DNA of 64,000 bases, from NCBI RefSeq assembly GCF_009914755.1, contig NC_060939.1. The stretch is one strand, 5' to 3'. Position numbers and translations under genes: made by a program. Origin of the DNA: the human T2T-CHM13v2.0 reference genome, Homo sapiens. Shown one piece after another: positions 1 through 12,300 of the stretch. A model generated the notes under the pieces. It made no database searches and was not told where the DNA came from. It was given only the letters and a program-made list of their open reading frames with translations. Positions within the stretch are counted from its first letter, which is position 1, and the number at the start of each line of letters is the position of its first letter.

Positions 1-400
1 ATTCCATTTGATTCCATTCCATTCTATTCCATTCCATACAGTTGCATTCCATTGGATTCCATGCTATATCTATAAATTCAATTCGAGACCATTGCTTTTG
101 AGTCCATTCTATATGATTCCATTCCATTCAAATCCATTACTTTTGGTTCAATTCCATTCCATTCCATTCCCTTCCATTCCATTCCATTTGATATCAATCC
201 ATTCGATTCCATTCCATTCGAGCACATTCCATTCGAGACCATTCCATTCGATGCCATTCCATTTGATTCTATTCCATTAGTCTCCATTCAATTCCATTAA
301 TCTCCATTCCATTCCATTCTACTCCAACTGATTCCATTCCATTCTATTCCTTTCCATTCCATTTCATTCCATTCCATTCCATTTCATTCCATTCCATTCC

Positions 401-430
401 ATTCGTGTCCATTCCATTCCAGTCCATTCC
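401..430 (+). repeat. Short unit variant (1,764 bp): one 30-bp subrepeat missing
   Basis: Other units carry ATTCGTGTCCATTCCACTCCAGTCCATTCC followed by ATTCGTGTCCATTCCATTCCAGTCCATTCC (e.g. 2165-2224); here only the second copy is present. Homologous ORF ends at 280 and 2044 are 1764 apart. Confidence 0.9.
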
Positions 431-869
431 ATTTGTGTCCACTGCATTCCATTCCACTCCATTCCATATTATTCCATTACACTCCATTCCATTCTATCAC
501 TTTCATTTCCATTCAATTCCATTCCATTTGATTCCATTCCACTCGGTTTCATTCCATTTGAGTCCACTCCATTCCATTCCATTGCATTCCATTCAGTTCC
601 ATTCCATTCTGTTCCATTCCATTCCGTTCCATTACATTCCATTCCATTCGGTACCATTCCATATTGTTCCATTCGATTCCATTCGAATCCATTCCATTCC
701 AGTCCATTCCATTCGATTCCATTCCATTCATTTCAATTCCATTCCATTCCATTCCATTACATTCCACTTGATTCCTCTCCATTCCCTTCCACTGCATTCC
801 GTTCGATTCCATTCCATTGCATTGCATTCCATTCCATTGGATTGCATTCCATTCGATTCCATTCCATTC

Positions 870-1885
870 GAATCAATTAAATAGCAATCCATTGCATTCG
901 AGTCTATTCTCTTCCTTTCCATTCGATTTCGTTCCAATCCATTCGATTCCATTCCATTCGATTCCATTCCATACTATTGCATTCCATTCGATTACATTAT
1001 ATTCGAATAAGTTCCATTCAAGACCATTTCTTTTGAGTCCATTCTATTTGAGTCCATTCCCTTTGATTCCATAACATTTGAGTCCATTCAATTCCATTCC
1101 TTTCGTTTCCATTCCATTTGATGCCATTCCATTCAATTCTGTTCTACTCGACTCCAATACACTCAATTCCATTCCATCCGATTCCATTACATTCTTTTCA
1201 TTTCTTATCCATTTCAAGCCATTCCACTCCATTCCATTCCACTCGTTTCCTTTCCATTCGAGTCCATTCCTCTCCAGTCCATTCCGTTCAATCCATTCCA
1301 TTCCAGTCCATTCCATTCGAGTCCGTTCCATTCCAGTCCATTCCATTCGAGTCAATTCCATTCCATTCGATGTCTTTCCATAACGATCCATTCCATTCTA
1401 TTCCTTTCGATTCCATTCCATTCTATTTCATTCCATTCGATTCCCTTCCTTTGGACTCCTTTCCATTCGAGTGCATTCCATTCCGTTCCATTTCTTTCCG
1501 TTCTGTACGATTCCTACCGTTCGATTTCATTTTGTTCCAGTCCATTCCTTTCGCGTCCATTCCATTCCATTTCACTCCATTCGATTCCATTCCACTCGAT
1601 TCCACTTCGTTCCATTTCATTGCATTCCATTCTATTCAACTCTATTGCCTTCCATTCCATTCCATTCGATTACATTCCATGCGATTCCATTCGAAATCGA
1701 ATCAATTACATTGCAATCCATTACTATTGAGTCCGTTTTATTCCAGTCCACTGCATTCTGGTCCATTCCATTTGATTCCATTCCATTCTATTCCATTCCA
1801 TACAGTTGCATTCCATTGGATTCCATGCTATATCTATAAATTCAATTCGAGACCATTGCTTTTGAGTCCATTCTATATGATTCCA
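870..1885 (+). repeat. Internal diverged direct repeat within the unit (homologous landmark blocks at ~870-1055 and ~1699-1885; offsets 829/965 bp)
   Basis: GAATCAATTA at 870, 1699 and 2664; TTTTGAGTCCATTCTAT at 1031 and 1860. Both pairs are offset by 829, and 829+965=1794. Confidence 0.85.
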
Positions 1886-4800
1886 TTCCATTCAAATCCA
1901 TTACATTTGGTTCAATTCCATTCCATTCCATTCCCTTCCATTCCATTCCATTTGATATCAATCCATTCGATTCCATTCCATTCGAGCACATTCCATTCGA
2001 GTCCATTCCATTCGATGCCATTCCATTTGATTCTATTCCATTAGTCTCCATTCAATTCCATTAATCTCCATTCCATTCCATTCTACTCCAACGGATTCCA
2101 TTCCATTCTATTCCTTTCCATTCCATTTCATTCCATTCCATTCCATTTCATTCCATTCCATTCCATTCGTGTCCATTCCACTCCAGTCCATTCCATTCGT
2201 GTCCATTCCATTCCAGTCCATTCCATTTGTGTCCACTGCATTCCATTCCACTCCATTCCATATTATTCCTTTACACTCCATTCCATTCTATCACTTTCAT
2301 TTCCATTCAATTCCATTCCATTTGGTTCCATTCCACTCGGTTTCATTCCATTTGAGTCCACTCCATTCCATTCCATTGCATTCCATTCAGTTCCATTCCA
2401 TTCTGTTCCATTCCATTCCGTTCCATTACATTCCATTCCATTCGGTACCATTCCATATTGTTCCATTCGATTCCATTCGAATCCATTCCATTCCAGTCCA
2501 TTCCATTCGATTCCATTCCATTCATTTCAATTCCATTCCATTCCATTCCATTACATTCCACTTGATTCCTCTCCATTCCCTTCCACTGCATTCCGTTCGA
2601 TTCCATTCCATTGCATTGCATTCCATTCCATTGGATTGCATTCCATTCGATTCCATTCCATTCGAATCAATTACATAGCAATCCATTACATTCGAGTCTA
2701 TTCTCTTCCGTTCCATTCGATTTCGTTCCAATCCATTGGATTCCATTCCATTCGATTCCATTCCATACTATTGCATTCCATTCTATTACATTATATTCGA
2801 ATAAGTTCCATTCAAGACCATTTCTTTTGAGTCCATTCTATTTGAGTCCATTCCCTTTGATTCCATAACATTTGAGTCCATTCAATTCCATTCCTTTCGT
2901 TTCCATTCCATTTGATGCCATTCCATTCAATTCTGTTCTACTCGACTCCAATACACTCAATTCCATTCCATCCGATTCCATTACATTCTTTTCATTTCTT
3001 ATCCATTTCAAGCCATTCCACTCCATTCCATTCCACTCGTTTCCTTTCCATTCGAGTCCATTCCTCTCCAGTCCATTCCGTTCAATCCATTCCATTCCAG
3101 TCCATTCCATTCGAGTCCGTTCCATTCCAGTCCATTCCATTCGAGTCAATTCCATCCCATTCGATGTCTTTCCATAACGATCCATTCCATTCTATTCCTT
3201 TCGATTCCATTCCATTCTATTTCATTCCATTCGATTCCCTTCCATTGGACTCCTTTCCATTCGAGTGCATTCCATTCCTTTCCATTTCTTTCCGTTCTGT
3301 ACGATTCCTACCGTTCGATTTCATTTTGTTCCAGTCCATTCCTTTCGCGTCCATTCCATTCCATTTCACTCCATTCGATTCCATTCCACTCGATTCCACT
3401 TCGTTCCATTTCATTGCATTCCATTCTATTCAACTCTATTGCCTTCCATTCCATTCCATTCGATTACATTCCATGCGATTCCATTCGAAATCGAATCAAT
3501 TACATTGCAATCCATTACTATTGAGTCCGTTTTATTCCAGTCCACTGCATTCTGGTCCATTCCATTTGATTCCATTCCATTCTATTCCATTCCATACAGT
3601 TGCATTCCATTGGATTCCATGCTATATCTATAAATTCAATTCGAGACCATTGCTTTTGAGTCCATTCTATATGATTCCATTCCATTCAAGTCCATTACAT
3701 TTGGTTCAATTCCATTCCATTCCATTCCCTTCCATTCCATTCCATTTGATATCAATCCATTCGATTCCATTCCATTCGAGCACATTCCATTCGAGTCCAT
3801 TCCATTCGATGCCATTCCATTTGATTCTATTCCATTAGTCTCCATTCAATTCCATTAATCTCCATTCCATTCCATTCTACTCCAACTGATTCCATTCCAT
3901 TCTATTCCTTTCCATTCCATTTCATTCCATTCCATTCCATTTCATTCCATTCCATTCCATTCGTGTCCATTCCACTCCAGTCCATTCCATTCGTGTCCAT
4001 TCCATTCCAGTCCATTCCATTTGTGTCCACTGCATTCCATTCCACTCCATTCCATATTATTCCATTACACTCCATTCCATTCTATTACTTTCATTTCCAT
4101 TCAATTCCATTCCATTTGATTCCATTCCACTCGGTTTCATTCCATTTGAGTCCACTCCATTCCATTCCATTCCATTCCATTCAGTTCCATTCCATTCTGT
4201 TCCATTCCATTCCCTTCCATTACATTCCATTCCATTCGGTACCATTCCATATTGTTCCATTCGATTCCATTCGAATCCATTCCATTCCAGTCCATTCCAT
4301 TCGATTCCATTCCATTCATTTCAATTCCATTCCATTCCATTCCATTACATTCCACTTGATTCCTCTCCATTCCCTTCCACTGCATTCCGTTCGATTCCAT
4401 TCCATTGCATTGCATTCCATTACATTGGATTGCATTCCATTCGATTCCATTCCATTCGAATCAATTACATAGCAATCCATTACATTCGAGTCTATTCTCT
4501 TCCGTTCCATTCGATTTCGTTCCAATCCATTCGATTCCATTCCATTCGATTCCATTCCATGCTATTGCATTCCATTCTATTACATTATATTCGAATAAGT
4601 TCCATTCAAGACCATTTCTTTTGAGTCCATTCTATTTGAGTCCATTCCCTTTGATTCCATAACATTTGAGTCCATTCAATTCCATTCCTTTCGTTTCCAT
4701 TCCATTTGATGCCATTCCATTCAATTCTGTTCTACTCGACTCCAATACATTCAATTCCATTCCATCCGATTCCATTACATTCTTTTCATTTCTTATCCAT

Positions 4801-7540
4801 TTCAAGCCATTCCACTCCATTCCATTCCACTCGTTTCCTTTCCATTCGAGTCCATTCCTCTCCAGTCCATTCCGTTCAATCCATTCCATTCCAGTCCATT
4901 CCATTCGAGTCCGTTCCATTCCAGTCCATTCCATTCGAGTCAATTCCATTCCATTCGATGTCTTTCCATAACGATCCATTCCATTCTATTCCTTTCGATT
5001 CCATTCCATTCTATTTCATTCCATTCGATTCCCTTCCATTGGACTCCTTTCCATTCGAGTGCATTCCATTCCGTTCCATTTCTTTCCGTTCTGTACGATT
5101 CCTACCGTTCGATTTCATTTTGTTCCAGTCCATTCCTTTCGCGTCCATTCCATTCCATTTCACTCCATTCGATTCCATTCCACTCGATTCCACTTCGTTC
5201 CATTTCATTGCATTCCATTCTATTCAACTCTATTGCCTTCCATTCCATTCCATTCGATTACATTCCATGCGATTCCATTCGAAATCGAATCAATTACATT
5301 GCAATCCATTACTATTGAGTCCGTTTTATTCCAGTCCACTGCATTCTGGTCCATTCCATTTGATTCCATTCCATTCTATTCCATTCCATACAGTTGCATT
5401 CCATTGGATTCCATGCTATATCTATAAATTCAATTCGAGACCATTGCTTTTGAGTCCATTCTATATGATTCCATTCCATTCAAGTCCATTACATTTGGTT
5501 CAATTCCATTCCATTCCATTCCCTTCCATTCCATTCCATTTGATATCAATCCATTCGATTCCATTCCATTCGAGCACATTCCATTCGAGTCCATTCCATT
5601 CGATGCCATTCCATTTGATTCTATTCCATTAGTCTCCATTCAATTCCATTAATCTCCATTCCATTCCATTCTACTCCAACTGATTCCATTCCATTCTATT
5701 CCTTTCCATTCCATTTCATTCCATTCCATTCCATTTCATTCCATTCCATTCCATTCGTGTCCATTCCACTCCAGTCCATTCCATTCGTGTCCATTCCATT
5801 CCAGTCCATTCCATTTGTGTCCACTGCATTCCATTCCACTCCATTCCATATTATTCCATTACACTCCATTCCATTCTATTACTTTCATTTCCATTCAATT
5901 CCATTCCATTTGATTCCATTCCACTCGGTTTCATTCCATTTGAGTCCACTCCATTCCATTCCATTCCATTCCATTCAGTTCCATTCCATTCTGTTCCATT
6001 CCATTCCCTTCCATTACATTCCATTCCATTCGGTACCATTCCATATTGTTCCATTCGATTCCATTCGAATCCATTCCATTCCAGTCCATTCCATTCGATT
6101 CCATTCCATTCATTTCAATTCCATTCCATTCCATTCCATTACATTCCACTTGATTCCTCTCCATTCCCTTCCACTGCATTCCGTTCGATTCCATTCCATT
6201 GCATTGCATTCCATTACATTGGATTGCATTCCATTCGATTCCATTCCATTCGAATCAATTACATAGCAATCCATTACATTCGAGTCTATTCTCTTCCGTT
6301 CCATTCGATTTCGTTCCAATCCATTCGATTCCATTCCATTCGATTCCATTCCATGCTATTGCATTCCATTCTATTACATTATATTCGAATAAGTTCCATT
6401 CAAGACCATTTCTTTTGAGTCCATTCTATTTGAGTCCATTCCCTTTGATTCCATAACATTTGAGTCCATTCAATTCCATTCCTTTCGTTTCCATTCCATT
6501 TGATGCCATTCCATTCAATTCTGTTCTACTCGACTCCAATACATTCAATTCCATTCCATCCGATTCCATTACATTCTTTTCATTTCTTATCCATTTCAAG
6601 CCATTCCACTCCATTCCATTCCACTCGTTTCCTTTCCATTCGAGTCCATTCCTCTCCAGTCCATTCCGTTCAATCCATTCCATTCCAGTCCATTCCATTC
6701 GAGTCCGTTCCATTCCAGTCCATTCCATTCGAGTCAATTCCATTCCATTCGATGTCTTTCCATAACGATCCATTCCATTCTATTCCTTTCGATTCCATTC
6801 CATTCTATTTCATTCCATTCGATTCCCTTCCATTGGACTCCTTTCCATTCGAGTGCATTCCATTCCGTTCCATTTCTTTCCGTTCTGTACGATTCCTACC
6901 GTTCGATTTCATTTTGTTCCAGTCCATTCCTTTCGCGTCCATTCCATTCCATTTCACTCCATTCGATTCCATTCCACTCGATTCCACTTCGTTCCATTTC
7001 ATTGCATTCCATTCTATTCAACTCTATTGCCTTCCATTCCATTCCATTCGATTACATTCCATGCGATTCCATTCGAAATCGAATCAATTACATTGCAATC
7101 CATTACTATTGAGTCCGTTTTATTCCAGTCCACTGCATTCTGGTCCATTCCATTTGATTCCATTCCATTCTATTCCATTCCATACAGTTGCATTCCATTG
7201 GATTCCATGCTATATCTATAAATTCAATTCGAGACCATTGCTTTTGAGTCCATTCTATATGATTCCATTCCATTCAAGTCCATTACATTTGGTTCAATTC
7301 CATTCCATTCCATTCCCTTCCATTCCATTCCATTTGATATCAATCCATTCGATTCCATTCCATTCGAGCACATTCCATTCGAGTCCATTCCATTCGATGC
7401 CATTCCATTTGATTCTATTCCATTAGTCTCCATTCAATTCCATTAATCTCCATTCCATTCCATTCTACTCCAACTGATTCCATTCCATTCTATTCCTTTC
7501 CATTCCATTTCATTCCATTCCATTCCATTTCATTCCATTC

Positions 7541-7775
7541 CATTCCATTCGCTTCCATTCCATTCGTGTCCATTCCACTCCAGTCCATTCCATTCGTGTC
7601 CATTCCATTCCAGTCCATTCCATTTGTGTCCACTGCACTCCATTCCACTCCATTCCATATTATTCCATTACACTCCATTCCATTCTATTACTTTCATTTC
7701 CATTCAATTCCATTCCATTTGATTCCATTCCACTCGGTTTCATTCCATTTGAGTCCACTCCATTCCATTCCATTC
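7541..7775 (+). repeat. Long unit variant 1,804 bp (+15-bp GCTTCCATTCCATTC insertion, -5-bp pentamer loss); second copy at ~14747-14980
   Basis: CATTCGCTTCC at ~7546-7556 is absent from standard units, and there is one fewer CATTC before AGTTCC. Spacings 6500->8304 and 13706->15510 are both 1804. Confidence 0.88.
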
Positions 7776-9309
7776 CATTCAGTTCCATTCCATTCTGTTC
7801 CATTCCATTCCGTTCCATTCCATTCCATTCCATGCGGTACCATTCCATATTGTTCCATTCGATTCCATTCGAATCCATTCCATTCCAGTCCATTCCATTC
7901 GATACCATTCCATTCATTTCAATTCCATTCCATTCCATTACATTACATTCCACTTGATTCCTCTCCATTCCCTTCCACTGCATTCCGTTCGATTCCATTC
8001 CATTGCATTGCATTCCATTCCATTGGATTGCATTCCATTCGATTCCATTCCATTCGAATCAATTACATAGCAATCCATTACATTCGAGTCTATTCTATTC
8101 CGTTCCATTCGATTTCGTTCCAATCCATTCGATTCCATTCCATTCGATTCCATTCCATACTATTGCATTCCATTCGATTACATTATATTCGAATAAGTTC
8201 CATTCAAGACCATTTCTTTTGAGTCCATTCTATTTGAGTCCATTCCCTTTGATTCCATAACATTTGAGTCCATTCAATTCCATTCCTTTCGTTTCCATTC
8301 CATTTGATGCCATTCCATTCAATTCTGTTCTACTCGACTCCAATACATTCAATTCCATTCCATCCGATTCCATTACATTCTTTTCATTTCTTATCCATTT
8401 CAAGCCATTCCACTCCATTCCATTCCACTCGTTTCCTTTCCATTCGAGTCCATTCCTCTCCAGTCCATTCCGTTCAATCCATTCCATTCCAGTCCATTCC
8501 ATTCGAGTCCGTTCCATTCCAGTCCATTCCATTCGAGTCAATTCCATTCCATTCGATGTCTTTCCATAACGATCCATTCCATTCTATTCCTTTCGATTCC
8601 ATTCCATTCTATTTCATTCCATTCGATTCCCTTCCATTGGACTCCTTTCCATTCGAGTGCATTCCATTCCTTTCCATTTCTTTCCGTTCTGTACGATTCC
8701 TACCGTTCGATTTCATTTTGTTCCAGTCCATTCCTTTCGCGTCCATTCCATTCCATTTCACTCCATTCGATTCCATTCCACTCGATTCCACTTCGTTCCA
8801 TTTCATTGCATTCCATTCTATTCAACTCTATTGCCTTCCATTCCATTCCATTCGATTACATTCCATGCGATTCCATTCGAAATCGAATCAATTACATTGC
8901 AATCCATTACTATTGAGTCCGTTTTATTCCAGTCCACTGCATTCTGGTCCATTCCATTTGATTCCATTCCATTCTATTCCATTCCATACAGTTGCATTCC
9001 ATTGGATTCCATGCTATATCTATAAATTCAATTCGAGACCATTGCTTTTGAGTCCATTCTATATGATTCCATTCCATTCAACTCCATTACATTTGGTTCA
9101 ATTCCATTCCATTCCATTCCCTTCCATTCCATTCCATTTGATATCAATCCATTCGATTCCATTCCATTCGAGCACATTCCATTCGAGTCCATTCCATTCG
9201 ATGCCATTCCATTTGATTCTATTCCATTAGTCTCCATTCAATTCCATTAATCTCCATTCCATTCCATTCTACTCCAACTGATTCCATTCCATTCTATTCC
9301 TTTCCATTC

Positions 9310-9380
9310 CATTTCATTCCATTCCATTCCATTCCATTTCATTCCATTCCATTCCATTCGCTTCCATTCCATTCGTGTCC
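9310..9380 (+). repeat. Long unit variant 1,814 bp (+5 pentamer, +15 CGCTTCC insertion); second copy at ~16516-16586
   Basis: An extra ATTCC near 9320 and CTTCCATTCCATTCG at 9361-9375. Spacings 8304->10118 and 15510->17324 are both 1814. Confidence 0.88.
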
Positions 9381-12300
9381 ATTCCACTCCAGTCCATTCC
9401 ATTCGTGTCCATTCCATTCCAGTCCATTCCATTTGTGTCCACTGCATTCCATTCCACTCCATTCCATATTATTCCATTACACTCCATTCCATTCTATTAC
9501 TTTCATTTCCATTCAATTCCATTCCATTTGATTCCATTCCACTCGGTTTCATTCCATTTGAGTCCACTCCATTCCATTCCATTGCATTCCATTCAGTTCC
9601 ATTCCATTCTGTTCCATTCCATTCCGTTCCATTACATTCCATTCCATTCGGTACCATTCCATATTGTTCCATTCGATTCCATTCGAATCCATTCCATTCC
9701 AGTCCATTCCATTCGATTCCATTCCATTCATTTCAATTCCATTCCATTCCATTCCATTACATTCCACTTGATTCCTCTCCATTCCCTTCCACTGCATTCC
9801 GTTCGATTCCATTCCATTGCATTGCATTCCATTCCATTGGATTGCATTCCATTCGATTCCATTCCATTCGAATCAATTACATAGCAATCCATTACATTCG
9901 AGTCTATTCTATTCCGTTCCATTCGATTTCGTTCCAATCCATTCGATTCCATTCCATTCGATTCCATTCCATACTATTGCATTCCATTCGATTACATTAT
10001 ATTCGAATAAGTTCCATTCAAGACCATTTCTTTTGAGTCCATTCTATTTGAGTCCATTCCCTTTGATTCCATAACATTTGAGTCCATTCAATTCCATTCC
10101 TTTCGTTTCCATTCCATTTGATGCCATTCCATTCAATTCTGTTCTACTCGACTCCAATACATTCAATTCCATTCCATCCGATTCCATTACATTCTTTTCA
10201 TTTCTTATCCATTTCAAGCCATTCCACTCCATTCCATTCCACTCGTTTCCTTTCCATTCGAGTCCATTCCTCTCCAGTCCATTCCATTCAATCCATTCCA
10301 TTTCAGTCCATTCCATTCGAGTCCGTTCCATTCCAGTCCATTCCATTCGAGTCAATTCCATTCCATTCGATGTCTTTCCATAACGATCCATTCCATTCTA
10401 TTCCTTTCGATTCCATTCCATTCTATTTCATTCCATTCGATTCCCTTCCATTGGACTCCTTTCCATTCGAGTGCATTCCATTCCGTTCCATTTCTTTCCG
10501 TTCTGTACGATTCCTACCGTTCGATTTCATTTTGTTCCAGTCCATTCCTTTCGCGTCCATTCCATTCCATTTCACTCCATTCGATTCCATTCCACTCGAT
10601 TCCACTTCGTTCCATTTCATTGCATTCCATTCTATTCAACTCTATTGCCTTCCATTCCATTCCATTCGATTACATTCCATGCGATTCCATTCGAAATCGA
10701 ATCAATTACATTGCAATCCATTACTATTGAGTCCGTTTTATTCCAGTCCACTGCATTCTGGTCCATTCCATTTGATTCCATTCCATTCTATTCCATTCCA
10801 TACAGTTGCATTCCATTGGATTCCATGCTATATCTATAAATTCAATTCGAGACCATTGCTTTTGAGTCCATTCTATATGATTCCATTCCATTCAAATCCA
10901 TTACTTTTGGTTCAATTCCATTCCATTCCATTCCCTTCCATTCCATTCCATTTGATATCAATCCATTCGATTCCATTCCATTCGAGCACATTCCATTCGA
11001 GACCATTCCATTCGATGCCATTCCATTTGATTCTATTCCATTAGTCTCCATTCAATTCCACTAATCTCCATTCCATTCCATTCTACTCCAACTGATTCCA
11101 TTCCATTCTATTCCTTTCCATTCCATTTCATTCCATTCCATTCCATTTCATTCCATTCCATTCCATTCGTGTCCATTCCACTCCAGTCCATTCCATTCGT
11201 GTCCATTCCATTCCAGTCCATTCCATTTGTGTCCACTGCATTCCATTCCACTCCATTCCATATTATTCCATTACACTCCATTCCATTCTATCACTTTCAT
11301 TTCCATTCAATTCCATTCCATTTGATTCCATTCCACTCGGTTTCATTCCATTTGAGTCCACTCCATTCCATTCCATTGCATTCCATTCAGTTCCATTCCA
11401 TTCTGTTCCATTCCATTCCGTTCCATTACATTCCATTCCATTCGGTACCATTCCATATTGTTCCATTCGATTCCATTCGAATCCATTCCATTCCAGTCCA
11501 TTCCATTCGATTCCATTCCATTCATTTCAATTCCATTCCATTCCATTCCATTACATTCCACTTGATTCCTCTCCATTCCCTTCCACTGCATTCCGTTCGA
11601 TTCCATTCCATTGCATTGCATTCCATTCCATTGGATTGCATTCCATTCGATTCCATTCCATTCGAATCAATTACATAGCAATCCATTGCATTCGAGTCTA
11701 TTCTCTTCCGTTCCATTCGATTTCGTTCCAATCCATTCGATTCCATTCCATTCAATTCCATTCCATACTATTGCATTCCATTCGATTACATTATATTCGA
11801 ATAAGTTCCATTCAAGACCATTTCTTTTGAGTCCATTCTATTTGAGTCCATTCCCTTTGATTCCATAACATTTGAGTCCATTCAATTCCATTCCTTTCGT
11901 TTCCATTCCATTTGATGCCATTCCATTCAATTCTGTTCTACTCGACTCCAATACACTCAATTCCATTCCATCCGATTCCATTACATTCTTTTCATTTCTT
12001 ATCCATTTCAAGTCATTCCACTCCATTCCATTCCACTCGTTTCCTTTCCATTCGAGTCCATTCCTCTCCAGTCCATTCCGTTCAATCCATTCCATTCCAG
12101 TCCATTCCATTCGAGTCCGTTCCATTCCAGTCCATTCCATTCGAGTCAATTCCATCCCATTCGATGTCTTTCCATAACGATCCATTCCATTCTATTCCTT
12201 TCGATTCCATTCCATTCTATTTCATTCCATTCGATTCCCTTCCATTGGACTCCTTTCCATTCGAGTGCATTCCATTCCTTTCCATTTCTTTCCGTTCTGT

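Noticed and set aside
71-76. TATAAA (TATA-box-like) once per unit
   Set aside because: An isolated hexamer in an AT-rich landmark block whose paralogous half reads GAATAAG; no other promoter evidence.
1000-1020. Heat-shock element candidate (TTCGAATAAGTTC)
   Set aside because: The spacing does not fit alternating nGAAnnTTCn units, and the bulk GAA pentamers are direct rather than inverted repeats. HSF1 binding cannot be called from sequence alone.
1044-1391. Minus-strand (MEWNG)n ORFs as pentapeptide-repeat protein genes
   Set aside because: They are the automatic translation of (GGAAT)n, do not match the A(D/N)LXX pentapeptide-repeat family, and are freely disrupted by stop SNVs in some units (e.g. 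26640, ~46019).
1118-2044. 308-aa + strand ORF (MMPFHSILF...) repeated in 35 units, plus the 169-, 122-, 101- and 85-aa ORFs
   Set aside because: Low-complexity (IPFHS)n translations of a stop-poor pentamer. Most begin at TTG/GTG, they overlap in all frames and show no domain. Their conservation only reflects DNA-level homogenisation.
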